From a virus, in IMG/VR virus record IMGVR_UViG_3300036791_001056, positions 82,954 to 146,953 of that record: 64,000 nucleotides of DNA; one strand, written 5' to 3'. Below are positions 36,820 through 45,511 of this stretch, piece by piece. Both the position numbers and the translations under genes were made by a program. The notes under the pieces were generated by a model. It worked only from the letters and a program-made list of their open reading frames with translations. It ran no database searches and was not told where the DNA came from. Numbering within the stretch: position 1 is the stretch's first letter; every line of letters starts with the position of its first letter.

Positions 36820-37397
36820 AGATGACTGAAGACACCGGCCACTCGTGGCCATTCCGCCAGGCAGAGCACGGCAGCTGGACTGAGCTCTTCCAGGCTGACT
36901 GCGACCGCAACGCCGGCATGCCGATAGAGCTCATCTCAGCTGAGGTCTACGCTCAGCGCGAGGGCATGACGCGCGAGGCTCACATCATCCGGGTCCTCCG
37001 CGCTGACCGCGAGCGGCGGCAGGCAGAGGCACAGCTGGTGAGTGACCGCGTGCTGCTCGACGGCGTCATCGACTCGGCCCGCGCGGCCGAGATGACCGTC
37101 GTGGAGTACATCACGTCTGACCAGTTCTTGCCCAAGTGCACCAGCCGCCCGCGCCGCACGTGGGACATCAGCCCGGACTTCCTCGCTCAGCTGCTCACAC
37201 GGGTCGAGGAGCGCCAGCGCACCGCCATCGTCACAGCACCAGCGTGTGCTGGCTCTGGCCAGCCGTGGTCCGGCAAGATCTACCCCATGTGCCCAGTGTG
37301 CGAACATAGCTGGGAAGACTTGAACGTAATGAAGCCCAAGATCAGTCAAGTGATTGAGAGCTGGTGGGTAGGTAATGTTCCTGCTCACGCCGACTAA
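36816..37397 (+). CDS. Hypothetical protein
   Basis: ATGA coupling; C-terminal C...CPVC. Confidence 0.55.
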   Translation: MKMTEDTGHSWPFRQAEHGSWTELFQADCDRNAGMPIELISAEVYAQREGMTREAHIIRVLRADRERRQAEAQLVSDRVLLDGVIDSARAAEMTVVEYITSDQFLPKCTSRPRRTWDISPDFLAQLLTRVEERQRTAIVTAPACAGSGQPWSGKIYPMCPVCEHSWEDLNVMKPKISQVIESWWVGNVPAHAD

Positions 37398-37403
37398 GAA
37401 GCC

Positions 37404-37468
37404 GGCACAGCACAACACAGCACTGCGCAGCAGAGAACAGATCAGCACAGCAGACCGCAGCTCAGCGT
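37404..37468 (+). ncRNA. Pentamer AGY-NN array, 13 units
   Basis: GGC AC AGC AC AAC AC AGC AC TGC GC AGC AG AGA AC AGA TC AGC AC AGC AG ACC GC AGC TC AGC GT. Confidence 0.75.
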
Positions 37469-37498
37469 GAGCGGCTAGCAAGTGCTAGCCGCTCACGC
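37465..37498. terminator. 16-bp perfect hairpin between convergent genes
   Basis: GCGTGAGCGGCTAGCA-AG-TGCTAGCCGCTCACGC. Confidence 0.75.
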
Positions 37499-37504
37499 GC
37501 TGTC

Positions 37505-37831
37505 TTACGGGTTGATGGTCAGCGCCACGTCCTGCAGCACCGGCACCGTCGGGCTGTCGGTGATCTTCACCCACACCAGCCACGTGCCCTGCGCCAAGAT
37601 CACTCCGCCGTTGGCCGGGCCCACGAGGCACTGCGCCCAGTACGCTGGGCCGGGGAACGTGGCCCACGAGCCGGTGGTCCACGCTGCCGGCTCCACGTTC
37701 GGCAGCGCGGCGGTGGTGAACGCGAACTGCACTTGATCGCTGGTGGGATCATACCCGGCAGGCGACTTGACGATGATCTGCACCTGCAGGTAGTCGGTCG
37801 ACAGCGCTGACTGGGTCACACTGATCACCAC
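37505..37831 (-). CDS. Virion/baseplate-like small beta protein
   Basis: DPTSDQVQFAF...CLVGP...GTWLVWVKITDSPTVPV, a type seen beside actinophage tail-fibre genes; GAGGAGG RBS. Confidence 0.6.
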   Translation of the reverse strand: MVISVTQSALSTDYLQVQIIVKSPAGYDPTSDQVQFAFTTAALPNVEPAAWTTGSWATFPGPAYWAQCLVGPANGGVILAQGTWLVWVKITDSPTVPVLQDVALTINP

Positions 37832-37838
37832 TGCCTCC

Positions 37839-39638
37839 TCATCTCGCTCCGCTGACTCCCCACGTGCCGCGCGCCCGGAGACCTTGATCAGCGACCTCCC
37901 ACGTCCCACCCGCGCCCCGGACGTCCCACGTGAGCCGCGCTCCGCTGATGACCCACGAGATGCGCCTCACCGGCGCCCCCGTCGCAGGCGCAGCCAGCAA
38001 GCGGCGCTGCCGGTGCAGGTACAGGCCCCGCGCCCGGCGATGCCGGTGAGCCGGCGGCGGGGCGAGCGGTCCCGGCTGGCCAATGTTGAACAGCGGAACC
38101 AGCAGCAAGTGGCCCCTGCGGTGCCTGGGGACCTCTCGGGCCGGCGATCGCCGCCGGTGCTGCTGAGCCAGCAGGCACGGGACCGCCGGTGAGAGCGGCG
38201 GCACCCAGAGCAGGCGCCGGCTGCTGCGCCGCTGCGGCAGCTGCTGGCGATGACGATGAAGATGAAGCGCTGGGGCCGGTGCGGTGCCGGCTGGCTGAGC
38301 GCTGGGTACCCACAGCACGTGACCGTGCCGGCGCCGCCAGCGCCCGCCCCGGTGATGACGGCTGAGTGAGGTGATTAGCGGTCCGAGCGTTACCGGCGCC
38401 GGCGGCGGGACTATATAGAGATGCCCGCGCCGGTGGCGCAGCGGGACGGGTCGCGCGCTGCGGTGCCGGTGGCTGAGCGTTACCGGCGGCGCTTGAGCGT
38501 GCTGGAAGCTCGGCGTGACCGGGAGCAGAGGCCGCGCTCGCCGGTGATGCCAGACCGCTAGCCGGCTGAGCCGCCGCCGGTGGCTGGGAGTGAGCTCAGC
38601 GGGCGGCACCGGGCTCTGCTCGGGAAACCACAGCAGCGTCGTGCGGCGCCTAGCGTGACGATCAGCGCTCTCATGGAACCGCGCGCGCTGCCGGATGAGC
38701 GTGGGCGGCAGTGCCTGCGCGTGCTGGAGCGCTACCGGCGCCCAGAAGACGTGAGCGCGCCGGTGCCGTGGGCCGACGCGCCCCGGCCGGCGCCGGTGCT
38801 GCGGTGCAAGCAGCGGGGGCGCGGTGGGCTGCTGAGGTGAGAACTCCACCAGCGTGCTGCGGCGGCGCGAATGCCGGCTCCGCCCGAGCCAGCCCCGCTG
38901 GTGCTGAGCGCTGAGCGCTGGGACCGGCACCACAGCTGGCACAGCCACCGCGGTGACTCCCGGCTGCCACTGCGCCGGGAACGCCATAGGTGACTGGAAG
39001 CCTGGTGGGATGAGCAGCTGGGTCGACGCGGCAGCTGTGACCTGCGCCGGCCCGACGAGGACATCGAGCCAGAAGTTGGCCGAGTTGTCATCAGTCGCCG
39101 GGAAGTCCGCCGTCGGGTCAGCGCTGGCGGTGTCGAACGATCCCTGGTACGAGTTGGTGAACGGCGCCGGGTTGGTGCCCGCGAACGAGATCGGTGCCGA
39201 GTACACGTTGAGGGGGCCGTTGACGATGCCACCAAGGTACGGCGCCCCGGTGCCACCCTCATTACCGAACTGTGTGTGGGTGTCGTTGAAGTTGTTGACG
39301 AGCCCCACGACCGCCTTGTACGGCGTGTTCTGCGTCAAGGCGAACGGCGTAGCCAGCGGGACGTACGTCCACTGCCCGACGACGGCAGCTGCCGTGCTCG
39401 CGCTGGTGTCGCTGCCCTGGTACGTGCCGGTCGTGGCTGCGGTGATCTGCCACAGCGCGAACGCCGCGCTGGCTGACTGCGCCGAGTCCGAGCGCCAGAT
39501 GTAGTAGCCGTACAGGAACTGCCCCGGCTGCGTCACTGAGAATGACATGCCGGCGACGAAGTTGCCCGTGAACGTAATGGATGACACGGGACCCGTGGCC
39601 CCGTTCCCGTTCACCCCGAAGGCGCTGTACTGCGTCAC
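37839..39638 (-). CDS. Putative virion protein: DUF4082-like beta domain + Arg/His/Pro-rich repeats
   Basis: GMSFSVT...GQWTYVPLATPFALTQNTPY...NFWLDV, then repeated HRRR...LLW.P units. Confidence 0.65.
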   Translation of the reverse strand: MTQYSAFGVNGNGATGPVSSITFTGNFVAGMSFSVTQPGQFLYGYYIWRSDSAQSASAAFALWQITAATTGTYQGSDTSASTAAAVVGQWTYVPLATPFALTQNTPYKAVVGLVNNFNDTHTQFGNEGGTGAPYLGGIVNGPLNVYSAPISFAGTNPAPFTNSYQGSFDTASADPTADFPATDDNSANFWLDVLVGPAQVTAAASTQLLIPPGFQSPMAFPAQWQPGVTAVAVPAVVPVPALSAQHQRGWLGRSRHSRRRSTLVEFSPQQPTAPPLLAPQHRRRPGRVGPRHRRAHVFWAPVALQHAQALPPTLIRQRARFHESADRHARRRTTLLWFPEQSPVPPAELTPSHRRRLSRLAVWHHRRARPLLPVTPSFQHAQAPPVTLSHRHRSARPVPLRHRRGHLYIVPPPAPVTLGPLITSLSRHHRGGRWRRRHGHVLWVPSAQPAGTAPAPALHLHRHRQQLPQRRSSRRLLWVPPLSPAVPCLLAQQHRRRSPAREVPRHRRGHLLLVPLFNIGQPGPLAPPPAHRHRRARGLYLHRQRRLLAAPATGAPVRRISWVISGARLTWDVRGAGGTWEVADQGLRARGTWGVSGAR

Positions 39639-39700
39639 GGCCGTCTCCTATGTGGCTGGCCGCGCCGGCCTACGTGCGCACCTCCGCTGCTCTGCCCGCC

Positions 39701-40297
39701 TTAGCACACCTGGAAGATCAAGAACTGGTCACACTGGATCGCGCCGAACGCGGCGGACAGCGTCGCGCGCAGCCCGATGGCCGTCGCCGCGGTATACGTG
39801 TTGAACGCCGTGACGGTTTCCGGCATGTTCAAGAAGGTGTTGTTCGCGGTGCCCACAGTTCCCGCGTTGGAGCCCACCGCGGTCGGCAGCTCCATGCTGC
39901 CGCCGACCGACAGGGTGTTGCCCGATGAGCCGATGGCCAGCACCCGCAGCACCACCTCCATCGTCCACCCGATGCCGGTCAGCGAGCCGGTGCCGAGGGT
40001 CAGCGCGCCCGTCGTCGTCAGCGTGGTAGCGAGGGTGCCTGACGCACCGCACGCCAAGAACGTGGTCAGGTTAGACGTGGTGCCGCCGGTGTTGATCGTG
40101 CCACCGGCCTTGATGTACAGCGTCATGCCGGGATAGAACTGCGTGCCGTTGTACTGCGCGGGGAGAACGAAGTCTTGGGTGGTTGGCGCCTGCGGGCTGA
40201 TCGTGGCAGTGGTCGCTGACGCCGACAGCGCGGCGCCGTTCGTGGTCTGCCACGGCACGCCACCGTTCAGCAGGTTAGCCCAGCTCTGGAACGCCAC
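39701..40297 (-). CDS. Putative virion structural protein
   Basis: Thr/Gly/Ala-rich beta protein in a structural cluster. Confidence 0.6.
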   Translation of the reverse strand: MAFQSWANLLNGGVPWQTTNGAALSASATTATISPQAPTTQDFVLPAQYNGTQFYPGMTLYIKAGGTINTGGTTSNLTTFLACGASGTLATTLTTTGALTLGTGSLTGIGWTMEVVLRVLAIGSSGNTLSVGGSMELPTAVGSNAGTVGTANNTFLNMPETVTAFNTYTAATAIGLRATLSAAFGAIQCDQFLIFQVC

Positions 40298-40346
40298 GTT
40301 AACTCACCGCCCCTCCCCCGTCCGGTTCTTCTGCCCGCTCTAACCT

Positions 40347-40820
40347 TTACTCTTCCCACTCGGTCGTGATCACGTACGACATGCCCGCCGGCAGCGCGTT
40401 CGCTCGGTTGACGAACGCGAATCCCACCGTGGCGGCTGGGACGCTCGCCGGTGCGAAGTCCTCTGGGATCTCCCACGGCCAGTCACCACCCGACTGGCTG
40501 TTGAACGCCATGCTGAACGCATCGGTGCCGTTGAGCGTCGGCGCGGCGGCCCAGCCCGAGATCAGGTTGTTGGCCGATGAGGCAAACGCCGGGTTGAGCT
40601 TGAAGTTCGTCACGTTAGCCGGGGTGGTGCTCGAGCCGGTGCTCGTGACGTTGATGCCGACCTGCAGCTGCTGGCTGGACGGCGCTGATGTGCCGGCGAT
40701 CGTGCCGAGAGTCACCCGGCGCAGCCGGATGCCGACGGTGGCCGAGTAGCCGACCCACGCGAAGGCAGAGCCTGATGACAGAGCTGCCGCTGACGTGAGC
40801 GTGGCGACGTAACGTGCCAT
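40347..40820 (-). CDS. Putative virion structural protein
   Basis: GAAAGG RBS; Ser/Thr/Ala-rich, ends WEE. Confidence 0.6.
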   Translation of the reverse strand: MARYVATLTSAAALSSGSAFAWVGYSATVGIRLRRVTLGTIAGTSAPSSQQLQVGINVTSTGSSTTPANVTNFKLNPAFASSANNLISGWAAAPTLNGTDAFSMAFNSQSGGDWPWEIPEDFAPASVPAATVGFAFVNRANALPAGMSYVITTEWEE

Positions 40821-40873
40821 GAGTGGGCTGCCTTTCGCTGGTGCAGAACGACTCTGCCAGTTTTCCGAGCATG

Positions 40874-40909
40874 CAAAAGGCCGTGAGCAGGTTAAGATGC
40901 TCACGGCCT
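40874..40909 (-). terminator. Terminator after the array
   Basis: AGGCCGTGAGCA-TCTTAACC-TGCTCACGGCCT-TTT on the minus strand. Confidence 0.75.
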
Positions 40910-40912
40910 GAT

Positions 40913-40957
40913 GCTGTGCTTAGCTATATTACGCTTTAATTTTCTGAGCTCAGCCTT
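40913..40957 (-). ncRNA. Short pentamer AGY-NN array, about 9 units
   Basis: Plus strand gctgt gctta gctat attac gcttt aattt tctga gctca gcctt. Confidence 0.6.
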
Positions 40958-40980
40958 CGCGGCCTGGCTGTGCCTGTGAC

Positions 40981-41298
40981 TCAGTGCTGAGCAGCCTCCA
41001 GCGGAGAGCTGAACCGCTCGATAGCAGCGGTCACACGATCACGCATGCCCATGATGAAGGCATCCGTGTCAGTGCTCACCGGCGCTGAGCCCACGAGCGC
41101 ATCACTCTTGAGAGAGAAGCGCTGGTCCAGGCGGACAGCAGCAGCGAGCTCTGTGGCCCACCGTGGGTCGGCATCGCTGTGCGCGTCGCGCCAGCCCGCC
41201 GCTGAGTCAGCGACTCCCCAGCCGATGAGCGCGGCTACGCTGATGGCCAAGATGATGATCATGACGATGAGTGCGGTGATCATGCTCGGCACACCCAC
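40981..41298 (-). CDS. Membrane protein
   Basis: N-terminal transmembrane helix. Confidence 0.55.
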   Translation of the reverse strand: MGVPSMITALIVMIIILAISVAALIGWGVADSAAGWRDAHSDADPRWATELAAAVRLDQRFSLKSDALVGSAPVSTDTDAFIMGMRDRVTAAIERFSSPLEAAQH

Positions 41299-42110
41299 GC
41301 CGCGAAGGTGTCGCCCGCGCCGGTGAACTTAGCGACCGCGTTCTCAGCGTTCACCATGGGATTGAAGATGTATCCCGGCACCACCTCGCCGAGGATCTGC
41401 CAGTACCCGCTGGCGCCGCTCGGGTTGTAGGCGTACTGGTTCCCGCCGGACTCGCACTCAGCGATGGCAGCGGCGCTCCACGCGGCCCAGCGCGGGCCGC
41501 GTGCTGCCTCCCAGAGCTGCTCGAGCTGGCCAAATGACAGGCGCCCGCTGAGACCTCCTGAGGCAGCCGGAATGCCCGCTCCGGACCCACCACGTGGAGT
41601 CCGGTGAGAGCCGTAAGACCGGTAGCTCACCGTGACCTCAGCTCGGTGCCGGTACGCAGCCGGCAGGGCCGTCGAGCAGGCCGCCGGGATGACCAGGCGC
41701 TCACCCACCATGATGAAGTCCGGGTTGGCGCCGATGGTGCGCTCGTTCCAGCGGAAGATGCCCGGCCAGCACCCGGCGGCGCCGTAGACGCGGCGGCTGA
41801 TGACGCTGAGCGTGTCGCCTCGCGCGACCGTGACTGCGCTGGGGCGCCACGCTGCCGGGCGCCGGGGCAGCTGGCCGGCTGAGTGGGTGAGCGCGCCGCG
41901 CTCCGTGATCCCGCGCGCCGTCATCACGCTCGCTGCGCTAGCGGTGACTGACTGGCTGCTGGCGCTGCTGGTTGATGCGAACAGCGTGACCACGAGGGCG
42001 ATAGCGGCGCTGGCGAGCGTCAGCGCGACGCACGAACCAGCGATGACTGCTTGCTGCTTGCTGCTGCGTGACTTATCAACGTGTGTGCCGTGATAGGTCC
42101 GATGAGACAT
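41280..42110 (-). CDS. Membrane-anchored LysM + lytic-transglycosylase-like protein
   Basis: TM helix; LysM VTVARGDTLSVIS...IFRWN...NPDFIMVGERLVIP; AECESGGN...SGASGYWQI. Confidence 0.85.
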   Translation of the reverse strand: MSHRTYHGTHVDKSRSSKQQAVIAGSCVALTLASAAIALVVTLFASTSSASSQSVTASAASVMTARGITERGALTHSAGQLPRRPAAWRPSAVTVARGDTLSVISRRVYGAAGCWPGIFRWNERTIGANPDFIMVGERLVIPAACSTALPAAYRHRAEVTVSYRSYGSHRTPRGGSGAGIPAASGGLSGRLSFGQLEQLWEAARGPRWAAWSAAAIAECESGGNQYAYNPSGASGYWQILGEVVPGYIFNPMVNAENAVAKFTGAGDTFAAWVCRA

Positions 42111-42415
42111 GTGGCTGTCCTTGGCCTGCACCGAGGCATCACGCCGCCGGTGCTCCTTCGCCGCTGATGGCGTGGGTCCGCGATCTTCGCGGAAGCGGTC
42201 GTGTGACCAGCGGGTTCAGGGCTGGCCGACCGCGCGCCGGGCGCTGTCGGGCTCCAAGGTGGCAGCGAGAGACACGTCTCGTACTGGCTTCAGTATATCA
42301 CATTAGTGAGAACTGCCAACCGGTGCTGGAGCTGTTATCTGACAGTAACCCAGCAGCGGCCGGCTGGCCAGCGGTTTGAGAAAAATTATCTCAAGTTGAG
42401 CTGAGACCTGCCAAG

Positions 42416-42655
42416 TCACCCATCCAGCCAGTTCCACACGGTGCCGTACTCCGGGTGACCGTGAACACACTCGAGATCAGCCAGTGATGACCAGAATGAC
42501 GTAGACCGGTACGTGGTCAGCCAGCGCACCGCTACGGTGCCGTCAGAGAACACGACTCCCTCAAACTGCGCCTCATCAGGCGGATTCGTGACGCCCTGCT
42601 CGTAATACTCAGCTGGTGGGCTCGGCCGCAGCACCTCAAACCGGCGGATCATCAC
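42416..42655 (-). CDS. Conserved phage hypothetical protein
   Basis: EGVVFSDGTVAVRWL...HGH motif. Confidence 0.65.
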   Translation of the reverse strand: MMIRRFEVLRPSPPAEYYEQGVTNPPDEAQFEGVVFSDGTVAVRWLTTYRSTSFWSSLADLECVHGHPEYGTVWNWLDG

Positions 42656-42896
42656 CTATCCAAGTGTGACAGCTGCCGCAGTACCGCTCGCGGACGTCAT
42701 TATGATTATAACTAGTCTTACCGCAGCGTAGGCACGTTATGCTCAAGCTCACAGGTGCCGTGTTGAACGCTTGAACGTGCAGCTCAGTGAGCTCATCATT
42801 CACGCCGAACTGATGATCATCAGCCACTTGGCTCGTGTCCAGCAGCCTCACCGGGCCTTGGTCACTGGCTAGCTGCCAGCGAGAGCAGATCTTCAC
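42636..42896 (-). CDS. Small Zn-finger protein
   Basis: SITCLRCGKTSYNHNDVRERYCGSCH. Confidence 0.55.
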   Translation of the reverse strand: MKICSRWQLASDQGPVRLLDTSQVADDHQFGVNDELTELHVQAFNTAPVSLSITCLRCGKTSYNHNDVRERYCGSCHTWIGDDPPV

Positions 42897-42942
42897 CGCG
42901 CGTCTTACCCCCAGCCAATGCCACTCACGTGATGCTCTCCTC

Positions 42943-43575
42943 TCAGCAACTCAGCTCGAAGCACGTTCCCGGACCGTCCCACTCTTGTGCCGGCAGTGGG
43001 TCATCTCGGGGCGCTGACACGATCCACGCACCGTTCTGCGGGGCGAACGGCATGGACACAGACTCTTGGATGCCGCCCGCCTCATTGGGATCGAACCACG
43101 TCCAGGGGTAGTACTCCGGCGGCGGCCCGTAACCCAGCGGGTTGCCGAAGAACGCCTGCCCGGCCCACGAGTCACTGCACGTCACGACCTGCAGCCGGAC
43201 GTTGTCCGCCACATTGTGATCGTACAGGCACAGGGTACCACCGTCATACGCCACCTTCAGGTGGAACATGCCCTTGTAAGCACCGGACGTGATCTGCACC
43301 TGCTGCCAGAGGAAGTTCGCACCGCTCTGGCACCACCACAGCACCACGTCCGTGCCCGAGCCGCCGGTGCCGCCGCCTGTGGGGTCCGCTAGGCAATAGT
43401 TAGTATCAGTCGTCCAGTACCACGGCGCCCAGCCTGAGCTGGCACGGGCACTGGGAGCGGCGCCTGCCGCCAGCAGGCCTGCAGCCGTCAGCGCAGCGGC
43501 GGTGAGGCCCAGCCGCCTGGGGAGGTTCATCAGCATGCTCCCTAAAGTTCTTGCGAGATTTTCCTCTGATGTCAC
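42943..43575 (-). CDS. Secreted ricin-B (beta-trefoil) lectin-like protein
   Basis: Signal peptide; CL.D...VVLWWC...W, LCLYD...C...Q.F, QEW repeats. Confidence 0.65.
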   Translation of the reverse strand: MTSEENLARTLGSMLMNLPRRLGLTAAALTAAGLLAAGAAPSARASSGWAPWYWTTDTNYCLADPTGGGTGGSGTDVVLWWCQSGANFLWQQVQITSGAYKGMFHLKVAYDGGTLCLYDHNVADNVRLQVVTCSDSWAGQAFFGNPLGYGPPPEYYPWTWFDPNEAGGIQESVSMPFAPQNGAWIVSAPRDDPLPAQEWDGPGTCFELSC

Positions 43576-43616
43576 TGACAGGTACTCCTCCGTTTATCAG
43601 TGCATGCCGCTGCTCT

Positions 43617-43955
43617 TTACGCGGCCTCGAGGACACTGGCGATGGCTCGGTAGGCACGGATCAGCTGCTCCGCGCGGTAGACTCGGACGTGGCGCCGCCG
43701 GCTGCCGCTCGGGCGCTTCCCGGCTGGCGTCATGCCCACCAGGTTCACGAGCTGGCGGACTTGCGCCTCATCCAGATCGGGCGGCCCAAGCAGCCGCGCG
43801 GCGTCAGCCACCGTCCAGAACCGCTCGTCATCCACGGCCACCACCGTCAGGGTGCGGGTAGCGTAGCCGCGCTTCTTCTCAGCTTGATTCTCGGTCAGGA
43901 TAATGCTCGTCATTGCTTGGTTCCTGTTCTTGCCGTGAGGCTCGTCCCTTCCCAA
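43617..43955 (-). CDS. HTH-like DNA-binding protein
   Basis: WTVADAARLLG...VRQLV...RVYRAEQL. Confidence 0.5.
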   Translation of the reverse strand: MGRDEPHGKNRNQAMTSIILTENQAEKKRGYATRTLTVVAVDDERFWTVADAARLLGPPDLDEAQVRQLVNLVGMTPAGKRPSGSRRRHVRVYRAEQLIRAYRAIASVLEAA

Positions 43956-44062
43956 GTGGCCACTGCCGAGCCCATCGCCGCCGCTCGTGGATCAGCCGCG
44001 AGCTGCGATTCATCATGCTAGCTATTTTACCAGCTTGATAAGGATTTCCCTAACTTCAGTGA

Positions 44063-44326
44063 TCACCAAGTTCGGTCCCACGCCCGCTGCCAGCTCCGTG
44101 CCACGATGTCAAACGCATCTCGTGAGATGACTGACCCGCTCCACTCCACCCGAAGCGCAGCAGGATGCGCTACCAGCACGATAGTGGGATCATCGAGCCA
44201 CGGATGCTCCACCAGCTCATCATACGGCTCATTGTCATGCAGCAGCAATACGGCGCGCGCCTCGCGCTTCTTACCCGGCGGGCAGTAAGCAGTGATCTTA
44301 CCGGAACGACTCGTCAGCCCACTCAC
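44063..44326 (-). CDS. Hypothetical protein
   Basis: GAGGAGG RBS. Confidence 0.55.
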   Translation of the reverse strand: MSGLTSRSGKITAYCPPGKKREARAVLLLHDNEPYDELVEHPWLDDPTIVLVAHPAALRVEWSGSVISRDAFDIVARSWQRAWDRTW

Positions 44327-44330
44327 CTCC

Positions 44331-44975
44331 TCACCTGGCTAATGATGCCGGCAGCTCTGGCAGGCCGAGCACGCCGTCCTGCCAGAGCAGCTCGAGATGA
44401 GCGGTAAACGAGCTGTATGTGATCTCTGCCGCTGGCCGCCGGCCCTCATCATCACGACAGCCGGGGTTAACACACCTTACGACGCCGTGCAGCGGCCAGT
44501 ACCGCAGCGTGAACCCAGCGCAGAACGGGCACGGCCGCTCCCGCTCACCGGGCTGCCGGGGCAGCCGGATGATACTGCTGGCCTCTCCGAGGACGCGCGC
44601 CGCCTGCCCGCACCACCTCTCCAGCCACCGCGCGGCGTCCAGCGCGCGCTGGGTGCCCGCTGCCTCAGCCAGCGCCAGGATGCTGCGCAGCGCGATGCCG
44701 GTGTTCTTATCGCTGGTCCCGCGGTCACGGATGGGCAAGCTGAGCGCTCCGCGCAGGGACCTCTCGACGTACCGGGCCTCTCGCCGCAGCTCGAAGACCA
44801 AGTTGGCCGCCGCGGGACTCCACGGCGGCCGAGGGCCGGGCGGCGTGAACACGCCACCACTGCCCCGGGCTGGCCACGCCGTCAGTGCCAGCTCGAGCCG
44901 TGCGTGCATCTTCACGCTCTGCTCAACCGCCGTCCGGAGCCGGTCGCGGCAGCTGGCGTCCAGGGTGTAGGGCAC
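44331..44975 (-). CDS. Actinophage conserved protein with C-terminal zinc ribbon (possible regulator)
   Basis: RPPW...CPFC...LR...C.NPGC; leaderless after TGTGATACAGT. Confidence 0.6.
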   Translation of the reverse strand: MPYTLDASCRDRLRTAVEQSVKMHARLELALTAWPARGSGGVFTPPGPRPPWSPAAANLVFELRREARYVERSLRGALSLPIRDRGTSDKNTGIALRSILALAEAAGTQRALDAARWLERWCGQAARVLGEASSIIRLPRQPGERERPCPFCAGFTLRYWPLHGVVRCVNPGCRDDEGRRPAAEITYSSFTAHLELLWQDGVLGLPELPASLAR

Positions 44976-45061
44976 AGAGTTACTGTATCACATTAACGCT
45001 TATGCCTGTGCTAGTCTCGTCTTCGCTATTTGGATGTCCGTGACGGTGACTGTTTTCTCGC

Positions 45062-45511
45062 TCACGTCGCGCTCCCGGGCGCCGGGGTGGCGGAGAACGT
45101 CTCACCGCAGGTACACACCATCGGGGTCGAAAGGGTTCCGCCGGGTCCGGTAACGGCTGTGTATGTGTGCACGTGAGTCATGAACGTGTGCTGGGCGATA
45201 AGCGGCGCCAGGGTAACGACAGGCTCGCAGGTGGCCTCAAAGATGTCAGGCTTGCGCGGGTAGAACTCGTCCTTGACGCCCTGGATCAGCCAGTCGCCGA
45301 CGTCGCAGCGCATGACGCCTTCGAGCGTGGCGATGTTCAGCGAGCCGTCCTGGTTGCGGGTGACGGCTGGCTTGCCGAGGAACGGCACGCCGTAACCGAC
45401 TGAGTCCAGCCACGCCAGGATGGTTGGCCATGTACCGTCGTTGCGGACGGCCTCGATGACGACGGGCTTTTTTCGGTACTGACCCATGTATTCGCTCCTT
45501 AAAATCAGCAC
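45062..45511 (-). CDS. Conserved phage protein (RKKPVVIEA family)
   Basis: YRKKPVVIEA...IATLEGVM...GDWLIQGVKDEFYP.KPDIF. Confidence 0.75.
   Translation of the reverse strand: MLILRSEYMGQYRKKPVVIEAVRNDGTWPTILAWLDSVGYGVPFLGKPAVTRNQDGSLNIATLEGVMRCDVGDWLIQGVKDEFYPRKPDIFEATCEPVVTLAPLIAQHTFMTHVHTYTAVTGPGGTLSTPMVCTCGETFSATPAPGSAT

Noticed and set aside
42111-42290. c-di-AMP (ydaO) riboswitch
   Set aside because: Only fragments such as CCCTGAACCCG resemble the consensus; kept as an unassigned structured leader.
45005-45030. Possible additional pentamer array
   Set aside because: Only about five in-register units; too short to call, although position and strand fit.
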